A model generated the notes under the pieces. It was not told where the DNA came from and searched no databases. It was given only the letters and a program-made list of their open reading frames with translations. From assembly GCA_041662625.1 (NCBI GenBank), contig JBAZSB010000001.1:310467-374466 (forward strand): a DNA stretch of 64,000 nt, written 5' to 3'. Source of the stretch: Patescibacteria group bacterium. GTDB taxonomy: Bacteria > Patescibacteriota > Patescibacteriia > Buchananbacterales > UBA6539. Position numbers and translations under genes: made by a program. Below, in pieces: positions 19,777-29,638 of the stretch. Position 1 is the first letter of the stretch. Every line of letters begins with the position of its first letter.

Positions 19777-19875
19777 TTGTCACCCTAAACTTGTTTCGGC
19801 AGCCTTGTCATCCTGAATTTATTTCAGGATCTAGTCAATTTTTAGTGAGATTCCGAAATGAATTCGGAATGACAA
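19777..19875. repeat. REP/RPE-like composite palindrome
   Basis: TTGTCATCCTGAATTTATTTCAGGATCT (19805-19832) and inverted GAGATTCCGAAATGAATTCGGAATGACAA (19847-19875), plus a truncated copy from 19777. Confidence 0.75.
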
Positions 19876-19932
19876 AACAGATTAAGCTCTAGAGCGTCTT
19901 TTAATTTTATTCCTGTGTTTGTATTAATTCTT

Positions 19933-20421
19933 CTATAATGTTTCGATCCATTTTTTTGTAGTTTTTAAAAAATTATCAGGGTTTGTCTGTATTTCCTGCT
20001 TTAGTTCTTCTCTTTTAAACCATTTAATCTCTTCCACTTCGTCCTTATTAATAACAAACTCTGTTTCGGGCTTATCGATTTTAACCAGATATCGCTTTAC
20101 AAAATAATTATATTTTCCTGATACTCTTTCTTTTGACCCTTCTTGCAAAGCAATATTTTTTAATCCCAATTCTTCTTCAGCTTCTTTAATGATATTTGTT
20201 CTGTAGTCTTCCCCTTCCTCAACTGTCCCGGCTACTGCCGGGCCCCACTTTCCCGGATCATGGGATTTTGTCAAAGCTCGGCGTGCAAGCATTATCTCGC
20301 CTTGACTGTTTGCAACCCATAGCGCCGACACCCGATAAATATCTTCTTGCTTAACAGCGTCTCTGTCTTTATATCCAATTACATTATCATTTTCATCAAC
20401 AATTATAATCTTGGACTTCAT
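19933..20421 (-). CDS. NUDIX hydrolase (IDI-like)
   Basis: IVDEND, LARR...K...PGKW..AVAGTVEEGE...KEAEEELG. Confidence 0.88.
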   Translation of the reverse strand: MKSKIIIVDENDNVIGYKDRDAVKQEDIYRVSALWVANSQGEIMLARRALTKSHDPGKWGPAVAGTVEEGEDYRTNIIKEAEEELGLKNIALQEGSKERVSGKYNYFVKRYLVKIDKPETEFVINKDEVEEIKWFKREELKQEIQTNPDNFLKTTKKWIETL

Positions 20422-20951
20422 AAAGAATAATGACTAAAATATTTATCGAACGTAGCGTCTGCTGTTTGCCCGGTTGTATCAATAAAATTCTCCTTACCAA
20501 TCACGTCTTTTATCGCCTCAAATTCAGCCCGAACCGCTGTTATGCGATCAACCCCAGTGGTCCAACATTCGCGCTCCTTGTCTCTTTTTATCATCTCTTC
20601 TTTGGTTGGAAACAAAACTTTAATTTCTAAATCATTGCCGAATTCTTTTTTAAACCTTTCAAAAAATTCTAAATAATGACCAAAAATTAAATAATCAATA
20701 ACAATCTTATCTTTGCTGTGGTTATATATTTTTTTCACTTCAGCAAAAATCTTATCATGCGCTTGTTTTAATTTTTCAAAATTTTCCGGCAGCCAGTGAA
20801 GTCCCTCGGGAAAAAATTCACTATCCAGCCGGTCCCCATCAACTTTGATAAAACCACACCTCTTAACTAACAAATCAGCAATTGTGGTTTTACCTGAACC
20901 TCCGGGGCCAGTCAAAATCAATACCCTTTTGCTGTTATTTTTCATAGTCAT
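20418..20951 (-). CDS. P-loop small-molecule kinase family protein
   Basis: ILTGPGGSGKTT, VDGD, IDTT; start uncertain (20951 or 20945). Confidence 0.8.
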   Translation of the reverse strand: MTMKNNSKRVLILTGPGGSGKTTIADLLVKRCGFIKVDGDRLDSEFFPEGLHWLPENFEKLKQAHDKIFAEVKKIYNHSKDKIVIDYLIFGHYLEFFERFKKEFGNDLEIKVLFPTKEEMIKRDKERECWTTGVDRITAVRAEFEAIKDVIGKENFIDTTGQTADATFDKYFSHYSL

Positions 20952-20959
20952 TATTAGTT

Positions 20960-23701
20960 CTAAGCCCCATGGCACTTCTTAAACTTTTTCCCCGAACCAC
21001 ACGGGCAGGGATCGTTGCGGCCGACTTTTTGGCCTTGAAAGTAATGAGTGGCGTCATCAACAGGCGCCTGCGATTCCCGGCTTTCCACTTCTTTCTGCTG
21101 CGGAGTCTTGCCAACTGCACCAGCGGCTTGGGCAATGGCTGAGCTGCTGCCGTCCCCGGTTTTGGCCGGAGCACGGAAAGTTAAGCCTTGGGCCTGCTGC
21201 ATGGCAGATGGTGCAATTTTAGTGGCCACGCCGACTTTGTAAATACTATAAACAATTTGTTTTCGAATTATTGCCAACAATTCTTTGAAAAGGCCAAAAG
21301 CTTCTCTTTTATATTCAACCAAAGGATCGCGCTGGCCATAACCGCGCAGACCAATGCCGGTGCGCAGATGATCGACAGCTTCCAAATGCTCAATCCACAA
21401 AGTATCAATACTGCGCAGCATTATCCCCTTTTCCACCTGGCGCATCGCATCGGGTTTACCGACTACAGCGGTAATTTCTGTTTCCAGCCGGTTATAATTT
21501 TCCACAGCTAATTTAAACAGATAACCCAAGAGTTTTCCCCTGGCACTTTTGTCTTCAAGATTACTGCCCGCCTCCAGGGCGATATCTTCCAGTTTCAGCC
21601 GCGTTATGGGTGGCACCGGAAAGATGGTATTAATTACTTCATAAATTTCTTCCAGATTCCAAGTCTTTTCATTATCTGCAGCCGTATGAAAATTCAAAAC
21701 CTCGGTAATTTCCTGCTTGACCAAATCCAAGACCTGATCTTTTAAACCTTCAGCCGCCAGAACTTCCCGGCGCTTTTTATAAATAGTTTCCCGGTGCTTG
21801 TTTAAAACATCATCATATTCAACCAAATGTTTTCGGGTGTCAAAATGGTAGCCTTCAACTTTCTTCTGGGCCGCTTCTAGGGACTTGGAAATCATCCGGT
21901 TTTCAATCGGCATGTCATCAGGCACTTTCAAAGTTTCCATCAGCTTTTTGATCCGGTCGGAACCAAAAATCCGCATTAAATCGTCGTCGAGTGAAACATA
22001 AAATTGCGAGGCACCCGGATCGCCCTGGCGGCCACCGCGGCCACGCAGCTGATTATCAATCCGGCGTGACTCGTGGCGTTCAGTACCCAAAATAAACAAA
22101 CCACCAGCTTCTTTGACTTTCTGTTCTTCTTCCGGATCAACGGGATCACCGCCTAATTTAATATCAACCCCTCGGCCAGCCATGTTAGTGGCTACTGTCA
22201 CTGCACCTAACCTCCCAGCCTGAGTAATAATCTGGGCTTCTTTTTCGTGTTGCTTGGCATTTAAAATTTGGGCTTGGATTCCTTCGCGCTGCAAAAGTTG
22301 GCCCAAAAGCTCATTTTTTTCAATGGAAATTGTACCAATTAAAACCGGCTGGCCTTTTTGGCTCCGCTCTTTGACTTCTTTGACCACAGCCTGAAATTTA
22401 CATTCTTCATTTTTATAAATCCGGTCCGACAAGTCCCGCCTGATCATCGGCTGGTTGGTCGGAATTTCCGTGACATCAAGTTTATAAATTTTGGAAAATT
22501 CTTCGGCTTCAGTTGCCGCCGTTCCGGTCATACCGGATAATTTTTTGTAAAGCCGGAAATAATTCTGAAAAGTAACGGTAGCTAAAGTCCGTGATTCACG
22601 CTGGACTTCCACGCCTTCCTGGGCTTCAATTGCCTGGTGCAGGCCTTCGCTGTAACGCCGGCCAAACATCATCCGACCAGTGAATTCATCAACAATAATT
22701 ACTTCACCGTCTTGCACGACGTAATCTCGATCACGCTTAAACAAAGCATGGGCTCTTAAAGCCTGCTCAATATGATGAACTTCGGAAATTCCCCGCTCAG
22801 TATAAATATTATCAACCCCAAGCCACTTTTCCATTCTGGTGACTCCCCCTTCAGTCAGAGTGGCTGAACGCATCTTTTCATCAACATTATAATCTTCATT
22901 TTCCTTAAGTTGAGTAACTAACTTGGCAAACTGGTAATATTTATCCGTTGACTCCATATCTGGTGCTGAAATAATCAAAGGGGTCCGGGCTTCATCAATC
23001 AAAATACTGTCGACTTCATCAACAATGGCATAGTGTAAATCCCGCTGCACCATTTGCACCAACTCCTGGACCATGTTGTCACGCAAATAATCAAAACCAA
23101 ATTCATTATTGGTGCCATAAGTGATATCAGCTAAATAAGCATCTTTTCGCGAAATCGGCCGCAGGTGAACCAACTTTTCATCGGTGGTATTTTCATCAAT
23201 ATAATTTGGATCATACAAAAAAGCGGCCTCATGAACAATGACGCCAACTGATAATCCCAGTGAATAATAAATTGGGCCCATCCAGCCGCAATCGCGCCGT
23301 GACAAATAATCGTTAACTGTCACCAGATGCGTCCCCTTGCCTTCCAAAGCATTCAGATAAAGGGACAGTGTTGCGGCCAAAGTTTTACCTTCACCGGTTT
23401 TTTGTTCGGCAATCTGGCCCTGATGCAGACAAATGCCGGCTAAAAGCTGAACATCGTAATGCCGCTGCTTAATGGTTCGCTTGGCTGCTTCGCGGACACA
23501 GGCAAAAGCTTGGGGTAAAATGTCATCCAGAGTTTTTCCTTTGGCTAGTTCATCTTTGAATTTGGCAGTTTGCTCTTTCAGCTGGTCATTAGAAAAAGAC
23601 TCGAATTTTTTTTCGAGTTGGTTGATTTGATCAACAAGTGGTTTCAGCTTTTCCAGAAACTTCTCGTTAGGATCACCCAAGATGATATTTAAAAAAGACA
23701 T
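20960..23701 (-). CDS. secA: preprotein translocase subunit SecA
   Basis: [44 protein letters not shown]-terminal [23 protein letters not shown]. Confidence 0.98.
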   Translation of the reverse strand: MSFLNIILGDPNEKFLEKLKPLVDQINQLEKKFESFSNDQLKEQTAKFKDELAKGKTLDDILPQAFACVREAAKRTIKQRHYDVQLLAGICLHQGQIAEQKTGEGKTLAATLSLYLNALEGKGTHLVTVNDYLSRRDCGWMGPIYYSLGLSVGVIVHEAAFLYDPNYIDENTTDEKLVHLRPISRKDAYLADITYGTNNEFGFDYLRDNMVQELVQMVQRDLHYAIVDEVDSILIDEARTPLIISAPDMESTDKYYQFAKLVTQLKENEDYNVDEKMRSATLTEGGVTRMEKWLGVDNIYTERGISEVHHIEQALRAHALFKRDRDYVVQDGEVIIVDEFTGRMMFGRRYSEGLHQAIEAQEGVEVQRESRTLATVTFQNYFRLYKKLSGMTGTAATEAEEFSKIYKLDVTEIPTNQPMIRRDLSDRIYKNEECKFQAVVKEVKERSQKGQPVLIGTISIEKNELLGQLLQREGIQAQILNAKQHEKEAQIITQAGRLGAVTVATNMAGRGVDIKLGGDPVDPEEEQKVKEAGGLFILGTERHESRRIDNQLRGRGGRQGDPGASQFYVSLDDDLMRIFGSDRIKKLMETLKVPDDMPIENRMISKSLEAAQKKVEGYHFDTRKHLVEYDDVLNKHRETIYKKRREVLAAEGLKDQVLDLVKQEITEVLNFHTAADNEKTWNLEEIYEVINTIFPVPPITRLKLEDIALEAGSNLEDKSARGKLLGYLFKLAVENYNRLETEITAVVGKPDAMRQVEKGIMLRSIDTLWIEHLEAVDHLRTGIGLRGYGQRDPLVEYKREAFGLFKELLAIIRKQIVYSIYKVGVATKIAPSAMQQAQGLTFRAPAKTGDGSSSAIAQAAGAVGKTPQQKEVESRESQAPVDDATHYFQGQKVGRNDPCPCGSGKKFKKCHGA

Positions 23702-23859
23702 AGAAATGCCTCTGTATTATACTAGATTATAATATATTTGACAAGAGTAAAAAATTGAGTTAAAGTACAAAATCAACAAGGGAGAGGAAGTAGAAGTTTG
23801 GCATTGGCAGAAGTACGGCACAAATTTGTCCCTTAGTGATAGGGACAGGAGGGCATAAC

Positions 23860-24570
23860 ATGATGCCGAGCATACTGCTAGTTGATAGCAGCGAACTGAC
23901 ACTGAGCGTAACCACCCGATTACTGGTGGCTCTCAAGTGTAACGTGTTGGTTAGTACTACCGCTGAAGGAGCGCTAAGAGCACTTCAGTCTGACGAAATT
24001 GACCTGGTCATAACCGAAACCGGCGATTGGGTCGGAGGTGGTGGGGCGACATTTCTTCCCACCCTGAAACAGGCCAGCAAGGTACCGGTGGTAATCCTGG
24101 GCGGCAGTGTCGGGGATCTAGATACACAGATCCTGACGGCAGCTGGGTTTGCCGTACACCATAAACCGACCACCAAGGACATCCTGCGAACGATCGTTGC
24201 CGTCACCAAAAAGATACTGCTCGTTGACGAAGACCAACTGGCAAGGGAAGCTGTGACAGAAATGCTCCAAGCTCTTGGGCACCCTGTGACTGCCGTTGCT
24301 ACCACCAAGGAGGCGCTGGCAGCGTTCAAGGCTGGAGGATTCAGCCTCGTCATCACCGAGAGCGGAGAAGTTCTTGTCGACGGCGGGGTGGAATTTCTCA
24401 CCGCTCTAAAAAGGCATAACGGCCATGTACCCGCGATAATCCTCGGCAGCAGTGTCAGTACTAAGGACGAGGAAGTAGCGAGCATGATGGCGGCTGGGTT
24501 TGCCGGCGTCTGGCGAAAGACGGTCACTCTATCCGAATTGGGGACGATTGTGGCTTCAGTCATCGGCTGA
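23860..24570 (+). CDS. tandem pseudo-receiver domain protein (GC-rich cassette)
   Basis: Two internally similar receiver domains (ILLVDSS/ILLVDED; LVITE in both); AGGAGGG SD; promoter TTGACA 23738-17 nt-TAAAGT; terminator ACGACTCC-TCCG-GGAGTCGT-T run 24608-24631. Confidence 0.8.
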   Translation: MMPSILLVDSSELTLSVTTRLLVALKCNVLVSTTAEGALRALQSDEIDLVITETGDWVGGGGATFLPTLKQASKVPVVILGGSVGDLDTQILTAAGFAVHHKPTTKDILRTIVAVTKKILLVDEDQLAREAVTEMLQALGHPVTAVATTKEALAAFKAGGFSLVITESGEVLVDGGVEFLTALKRHNGHVPAIILGSSVSTKDEEVASMMAAGFAGVWRKTVTLSELGTIVASVIG

Positions 24571-24631
24571 ACAGCCACGTCCTTCTTCGACAACTCTTGT
24601 GTTGATCACGACTCCTCCGGGAGTCGTTTTT

Positions 24632-25597
24632 CTAAAAACCTAAATATTGGACTTCTTCCTGAATCTGGGCGCCCAATTGGTTCCTGACCCGCATTTTAAC
24701 ATCAGAAATTAGCATCATGACGTGTTCGGCTTTGGCCTCACCAGTATTAATAAAAAAGGCACAATGTTTATCAGAAATTTTGCAGCCGCCAATTGTTTTA
24801 TTTTTCAAACCTAAATGGTCAATCACAAAGCCAATCGGCAATTTGCCAAACGCCGTTGCTTCCTGCCATTCTTTTTCAGTGATATCTAATTCCTTAATGG
24901 CTTTTTGGGGATCGATTGCAACTTTATCCAGTTCAATGTTTTGAAAAATGCAGCCAGCGCTGGGTTCATAGGGCAATTTATCATTGCGATCTTTGATTAT
25001 TTTAAGCACTTCGGCATGAATTGCTTGGGAGTCACCATTTTTTAAACCGACAACAACCGATAGAATAATGCCGCCGGTTTGTTTAACCAGACTTTGCCGG
25101 TAACTATATTTCATTTCTTCTTTAGTCAACTCTTGGACTTGCCCATTTTGATAAACTTTAACTTTTTTTATAACATCGCCAAATCCCTTGCCATAAGCGC
25201 CGGCATTGCCTCGCGCAGCGCCACCAACGGTTCCCGGAATTCCTGAAGCAAATTCTAAACCAGTTAAGCCAGCCCGGGCGGCCTCCCCAACTAGCCGGCT
25301 CAGATTGACTCCGGCTTCGGCAAAAATTTCTTCACCTCTGACTTCAAAATTTTCGCTGAGGGTTTTTATTACTAAGCCAGCAAAACCATTATCAGCAACC
25401 ACCAAGTTGCTGCCCCAACCCAAAATAAAATAAGGCAGGTTTAAATCTTGGGCTGTTTTAACCGCCAAAAGTAATTCATCGCTATTTTTGGCAACATAAA
25501 AATACTTAGCCGGTCCACCAATCTTAAAAGTGGTGTGATTAGCCATTGGCTCGTTTTCTTTAACGGTGCCAAGTTTTTGCTGTAGCTGACTTAACAT
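24632..25597 (-). CDS. murB: UDP-N-acetylenolpyruvoylglucosamine reductase
   Basis: HTTFKIGGPA, GWGSN, GLEFASGIPGTVGG, PSAGCIFQN, SDKHC.F. Confidence 0.95.
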   Translation of the reverse strand: MLSQLQQKLGTVKENEPMANHTTFKIGGPAKYFYVAKNSDELLLAVKTAQDLNLPYFILGWGSNLVVADNGFAGLVIKTLSENFEVRGEEIFAEAGVNLSRLVGEAARAGLTGLEFASGIPGTVGGAARGNAGAYGKGFGDVIKKVKVYQNGQVQELTKEEMKYSYRQSLVKQTGGIILSVVVGLKNGDSQAIHAEVLKIIKDRNDKLPYEPSAGCIFQNIELDKVAIDPQKAIKELDITEKEWQEATAFGKLPIGFVIDHLGLKNKTIGGCKISDKHCAFFINTGEAKAEHVMMLISDVKMRVRNQLGAQIQEEVQYLGF

Positions 25598-25607
25598 AAA
25601 AGAATTT

Positions 25608-25678
25608 AGAATCACGAATCAAGAATTAAGGTTGCTTAGCAATTCTCCCTTGATTCTTACTTCTTACTTCTTGATTCT
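25608..25678. repeat. heptamer palindromic element (AGAATCA family)
   Basis: AGAATCA CGAATCA AGAATTA-AGGTTGCTTAG...-TTGATTC TTACTTC TTACTTC TTGATTC. Confidence 0.8.
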
Positions 25679-27065
25679 AATTAATTAGCTTATCCCTAAC
25701 CCGATACACATCTCCTGCCCCCATTGTTACTAAAACTATGCCGGGTTTAATTTTATCTTTCAAACAATTAACTGCGTGATTTAAATCGCCAGCATAAATA
25801 ACATTCTGATGGTAGATTTTGGCTTCTTTGGCCAAATCTTTGGAAGTGATATCTTCGGCTTGTTCCCGGGCGGAAGCAAAAATATCAGCGAATAGCACCA
25901 TATCCACATCATTGAAACTTTGGGCAAAATCATTTAACAAAGCCTTGGTCCGGGAAGCCATATGCGGCTGAAAAACACACCAAATCAAATTATTGGGGAA
26001 ACGCTGACGAATGGCTTTCAGGGTAGTTTTGATTTCGGTGGGATGATGGGCGTAATCATCAACAAAAGTGATACCATTTCTTTCAGAAATATCAAAACGC
26101 CTTTCGCTACCTTTAAATTGTTTCAAAATATTTTGGATTTCGCCGATTTTTAGTCCCTCATTTAAACCAATAATTATTACCGCCAAAGCATTTAAGGCAT
26201 TATGCTCGCCAAAAAGTCCGATTTCAAATTCACCAAAGTCCTGGCCGGCTTTTTTAACTTTAAAAATAGTACGATCGAATTCCACTCTAACATCATAAGC
26301 TTGCCAAGTATTACTTACCTCAAAGCCATAAGTGACGGTTTTGCTTTCATTACCTTTAATAATTTTTTTAATGGCGGGCCAATCGCCACAAACTACCAAT
26401 AGCTCTTTGGTTTTCTGGACTAATTTTTGGAATGCAACCTCCATTGATTCTAAATCAGGATAGATATCAACATGTTCCCATTCTAAACTGGTAATTACCG
26501 AAATTGCCGGATCTAAATCTAAAAATTTTGGCGTTTTATCTTCTTTACTGCGGACATATTCATCACCTTCGACAATAAAGTGGACGCCTGAGGCCCACTT
26601 GGAATTGCTGCCTAAATCCGGCACCATCCCTGTACCAATCAAAAAACTGGGGTCAAGGCCGGCCTGAGAAAACAAATAGGCCATTAGCGCAGTTGTTGTC
26701 GTTTTGCCATGGACACCGGTAATGGCAATAGTTTTTTTCTCTTGGCTTAATAAACCCCGCATTTCTGAATCAGTAATATTAGGCAATTTCCTTTTTTTAG
26801 TTTCGGCTACTTCAATATTATCATCTCCCCAGGAAGTGCCAATTACCACTAAATCCGGATTACAATCCAGATTTGCTGCCGAAAAATCTTCAAAAATTTC
26901 AATCTCATGATCAATTAAAATTTTATCAGTAATAAATTTTTCTTCAACATCGGAACCAAAAACTTCCAGCCCTTTTTGTTTACAAATTACCGCCAAGCCT
27001 GACATCGCCACGCCTTTAATGCCGATGAAATAAACTCTTTTGATTTTAGCTAGATTAATAGCCAT
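25677..27065 (-). CDS. murC: UDP-N-acetylmuramate--L-alanine ligase
   Basis: FIGIKGVAMSGLA, ITGVHGKTTTT, EGDEY, DDYAHHPTE, FQPH, MGAGD. Confidence 0.93.
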   Translation of the reverse strand: MAINLAKIKRVYFIGIKGVAMSGLAVICKQKGLEVFGSDVEEKFITDKILIDHEIEIFEDFSAANLDCNPDLVVIGTSWGDDNIEVAETKKRKLPNITDSEMRGLLSQEKKTIAITGVHGKTTTTALMAYLFSQAGLDPSFLIGTGMVPDLGSNSKWASGVHFIVEGDEYVRSKEDKTPKFLDLDPAISVITSLEWEHVDIYPDLESMEVAFQKLVQKTKELLVVCGDWPAIKKIIKGNESKTVTYGFEVSNTWQAYDVRVEFDRTIFKVKKAGQDFGEFEIGLFGEHNALNALAVIIIGLNEGLKIGEIQNILKQFKGSERRFDISERNGITFVDDYAHHPTEIKTTLKAIRQRFPNNLIWCVFQPHMASRTKALLNDFAQSFNDVDMVLFADIFASAREQAEDITSKDLAKEAKIYHQNVIYAGDLNHAVNCLKDKIKPGIVLVTMGAGDVYRVRDKLIN

Positions 27066-27088
27066 AGTATTAAATTACAAATTTCAAG

Positions 27089-27967
27089 CTACAGTCCCAG
27101 ATCCCTTTTAATTTGCGGTAACGCTTTCAAGGCCGCTTTCCGTCCCTCCTCAACACAATAAGCCACTGAATTAGTCTGATAGCGTTTGACTTGTTCAATT
27201 TGGGGCCGAATCAAAATATCATAAGGGTAAGCATGATGATAAAAATTATTGACTTGGTTGATTGATAAACTAATCGCCCGCCCGACTAACTGAAATATAT
27301 TTAAATCTTTTTGTCCCACGATTTTTTTCTGCTCGATTAATTTATCGCGCTTACTGAGCTTTTTAAAGTTGGCCAGAAAACGGGTAATCAAACCGGGATC
27401 TTTTGCCACGTAAACCGCCATCACATAATCTGCCCCGTTTTGGTATAAGGTCTTTGAAGGAATCATGTTAAAATTACCGCCATCAATCAAAATTTTTCCA
27501 TCTTTTTTGATTGGCACAAATATTCCTGGCACTGTTACCGCCGCCCGCATGACCTCACTTATCTTTCCTTGCTCAACAATTACTTCTTCCATACTGACTA
27601 AATCGGTCAAGGCAACCATTAATCTCTTATTTAAGTCACAAAATTCTTTGTCACCGACAAATTCCTCAAAAAACTTTTGGTTTTTCTCTCCTTTCAAAAA
27701 ACCTTCTTTGGGCAGTGTTGGTTCGAAAATTATTCGCCAATAATCACGCCGGTTGCCGGCAATCATTCGTTTTTTCAATTCCGGTAAAGTCCCGGCGGCA
27801 TAAACAGCGGCAATGGCCGCACCAGAGCTACAACCAGAAATTATATCAATCGGAATATTGTTTTCTTCCAAAACTTCAATCACACCAATAGCCGCAGTGG
27901 CCCGGATAAAACCACCGCTGATAGCTAGACCGACTTTTTTTCTGGCTGGTTGATTTGATAAATCCAT
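27089..27967 (-). CDS. patatin-like phospholipase
   Basis: LAISGG..R, GCSSG, PGIF.P, IDGG. Confidence 0.88.
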   Translation of the reverse strand: MDLSNQPARKKVGLAISGGFIRATAAIGVIEVLEENNIPIDIISGCSSGAAIAAVYAAGTLPELKKRMIAGNRRDYWRIIFEPTLPKEGFLKGEKNQKFFEEFVGDKEFCDLNKRLMVALTDLVSMEEVIVEQGKISEVMRAAVTVPGIFVPIKKDGKILIDGGNFNMIPSKTLYQNGADYVMAVYVAKDPGLITRFLANFKKLSKRDKLIEQKKIVGQKDLNIFQLVGRAISLSINQVNNFYHHAYPYDILIRPQIEQVKRYQTNSVAYCVEEGRKAALKALPQIKRDLGL

Positions 27968-27971
27968 ATTT

Positions 27972-29018
27972 TTATAAAATCATCGCTGTAATTTTTTCCG
28001 CCGCGTCTTTTGGCATCATCTTGGCGATATTCCGGCTCAGGTTGGCTAACTCTGCCTGGTCAAACAAAAGTGTTTTAATTGCTTGGAAAAATTTCTGACT
28101 GGACAAATCATTTTCATCCAGTACAGCAATGGCATTATTACGAAAAAATTCAACGGCATTATCCTGCTGATGGCTGGCTGGGATTGGAATGATAATAGCG
28201 GGCTTTGCCAAGGCCGCCAACTCAGTCAAAGTGCCTAAGCCGGCTCGGGCAACAACTAAATCAGCAATAGCATAGGCATTCTTCATTTGATCAGTTAAAA
28301 AGTCATAGGAGCGATAACGGGGATGCTCAGCGGTTTTTTGCTGCCGGCCGCCGGTTAAATGAATCACCTGACAGAATTGAACTAATTCCTCAAGACTTTC
28401 AATTACCAAACTATTTAAATTTAAGGCACCAGTGCCACCACCTAAAATTAAAATTGTCGGCAAGTCAGACTTAAAACCAAAAAATTTGTAACCGGCTTCT
28501 TTACTGCCGGTTAAAATATCCGCTCGCACGGGATTACCAACCAAATGAGTTTTTTTGGCTGGGAAATCTTTCAATGATTTTTCAAAAGTAACCGTGATCA
28601 TGTTGGCAAAGGGGGCCATTAGTTTATTGGCTAAACCTGGCCGGACATCCTGCTGATGAATAATCAAAGGCCGGCGCAAAAACCAAGCCGCCCAGGCCAC
28701 CGGCACTGAAACAAAGCCGCCAGCCGAAAGCACGGCCTGAGGCTTAAATTTTAAAATAATAAATAATGACTGCCAAAAGCCAAAAAAGATTAAAAAAGGA
28801 TCTAAAAAATTCTTGAAGCTGAAATAACGCCGGAGCTTCCCAGAAAATATTTTTTTCAAAGGAATCTGGTAACTGCTGATTAAATTTTCTTCCGGTCCAT
28901 CCGATGTTGCCAACCATAAAAATTCAGCCTGCGGCTGATTTTTTTTGATTTCTTCATAAATAGCAATTAGGGGGCTGACCGAACCCAAGGTTCCACCCCC
29001 GGAAAGAATGACTCGCAT
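27972..29018 (-). CDS. murG: undecaprenyl-PP-MurNAc-pentapeptide GlcNAc transferase
   Basis: SGGGTLGSVSP, GGFVSVP, GLANK, GNPVR, ARAG, HQQDNA. Confidence 0.93.
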   Translation of the reverse strand: MRVILSGGGTLGSVSPLIAIYEEIKKNQPQAEFLWLATSDGPEENLISSYQIPLKKIFSGKLRRYFSFKNFLDPFLIFFGFWQSLFIILKFKPQAVLSAGGFVSVPVAWAAWFLRRPLIIHQQDVRPGLANKLMAPFANMITVTFEKSLKDFPAKKTHLVGNPVRADILTGSKEAGYKFFGFKSDLPTILILGGGTGALNLNSLVIESLEELVQFCQVIHLTGGRQQKTAEHPRYRSYDFLTDQMKNAYAIADLVVARAGLGTLTELAALAKPAIIIPIPASHQQDNAVEFFRNNAIAVLDENDLSSQKFFQAIKTLLFDQAELANLSRNIAKMMPKDAAEKITAMIL

Positions 29019-29136
29019 ACCCGGTAGTAGTCCCGCCCTTTTTCTTTTTTTGAAAAATAACGGGGAATTTTATTAATTTTATATTTATCCCAATAGTAAT
29101 CCTATCAATTAAAGGAGTGGGATCACTACCGGGTAT
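29017..29136. repeat. long-range inverted repeat overlapping the murG start codon
   Basis: ATACCCGGTAGTAGTCCCGCCCTTT (29017-29041) vs AAAGGAGTGGGATCACTACCGGGTAT (29111-29136). Confidence 0.75.
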
Positions 29137-29266
29137 AGCTAAAAAATAACAGATTTCTGACAAAAAATCAATAACTACCGATGTTATTTCTAATGATTGA
29201 CATTAATTAAAAAATTTAGTAAGCTTGAAGGCAACTTTGTCCCAACGACGAAGAGGAGGGAATGAA

Positions 29267-29527
29267 ATGGGCATAAAAAATGCTCTCGGCTACCGACTGT
29301 ACCTGTTCTACGAACTGTGGTTCTGTTTTACCCGCGGCGTCCGGCTCCATACGTTGATTGCTTGCCGCCACTGCGGTAAGGAGCCAACCAAACGGCAAGG
29401 CTGCCCCCAAAGCTGCCGGCAAGGAGTGTTTTTCGAGGAAGACATCTATGGCCGGCCGGGACTTTGGCTCAGGCGGGTGATCCGGGCTATTCAGGCCGAA
29501 GTATTTGGCTACCCCTGTCTGGGGTAA
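29267..29527 (+). CDS. small Cys-containing hypothetical protein (GC-rich cassette)
   Basis: 86 aa with CRHC...CPQSC; GAGGAGG SD; TTGACA 29197-17 nt-TAAGCT; terminator 29565-29592. Confidence 0.65.
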   Translation: MGIKNALGYRLYLFYELWFCFTRGVRLHTLIACRHCGKEPTKRQGCPQSCRQGVFFEEDIYGRPGLWLRRVIRAIQAEVFGYPCLG

Positions 29528-29638
29528 CCACTCCTCCTGGTTAGCACTAATCAATCGTACCCTTGAGACCGTCTCCGGACGGCTCTTTTTTTAATTAAAA
29601 AAACTCTAAAATAGAGTTTTAAAAAATTAAATTTAATT

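Noticed and set aside
23985-24593. 202-aa antisense ORF
   Set aside because: Mirror of the receiver-domain gene, with no motifs or expression signals
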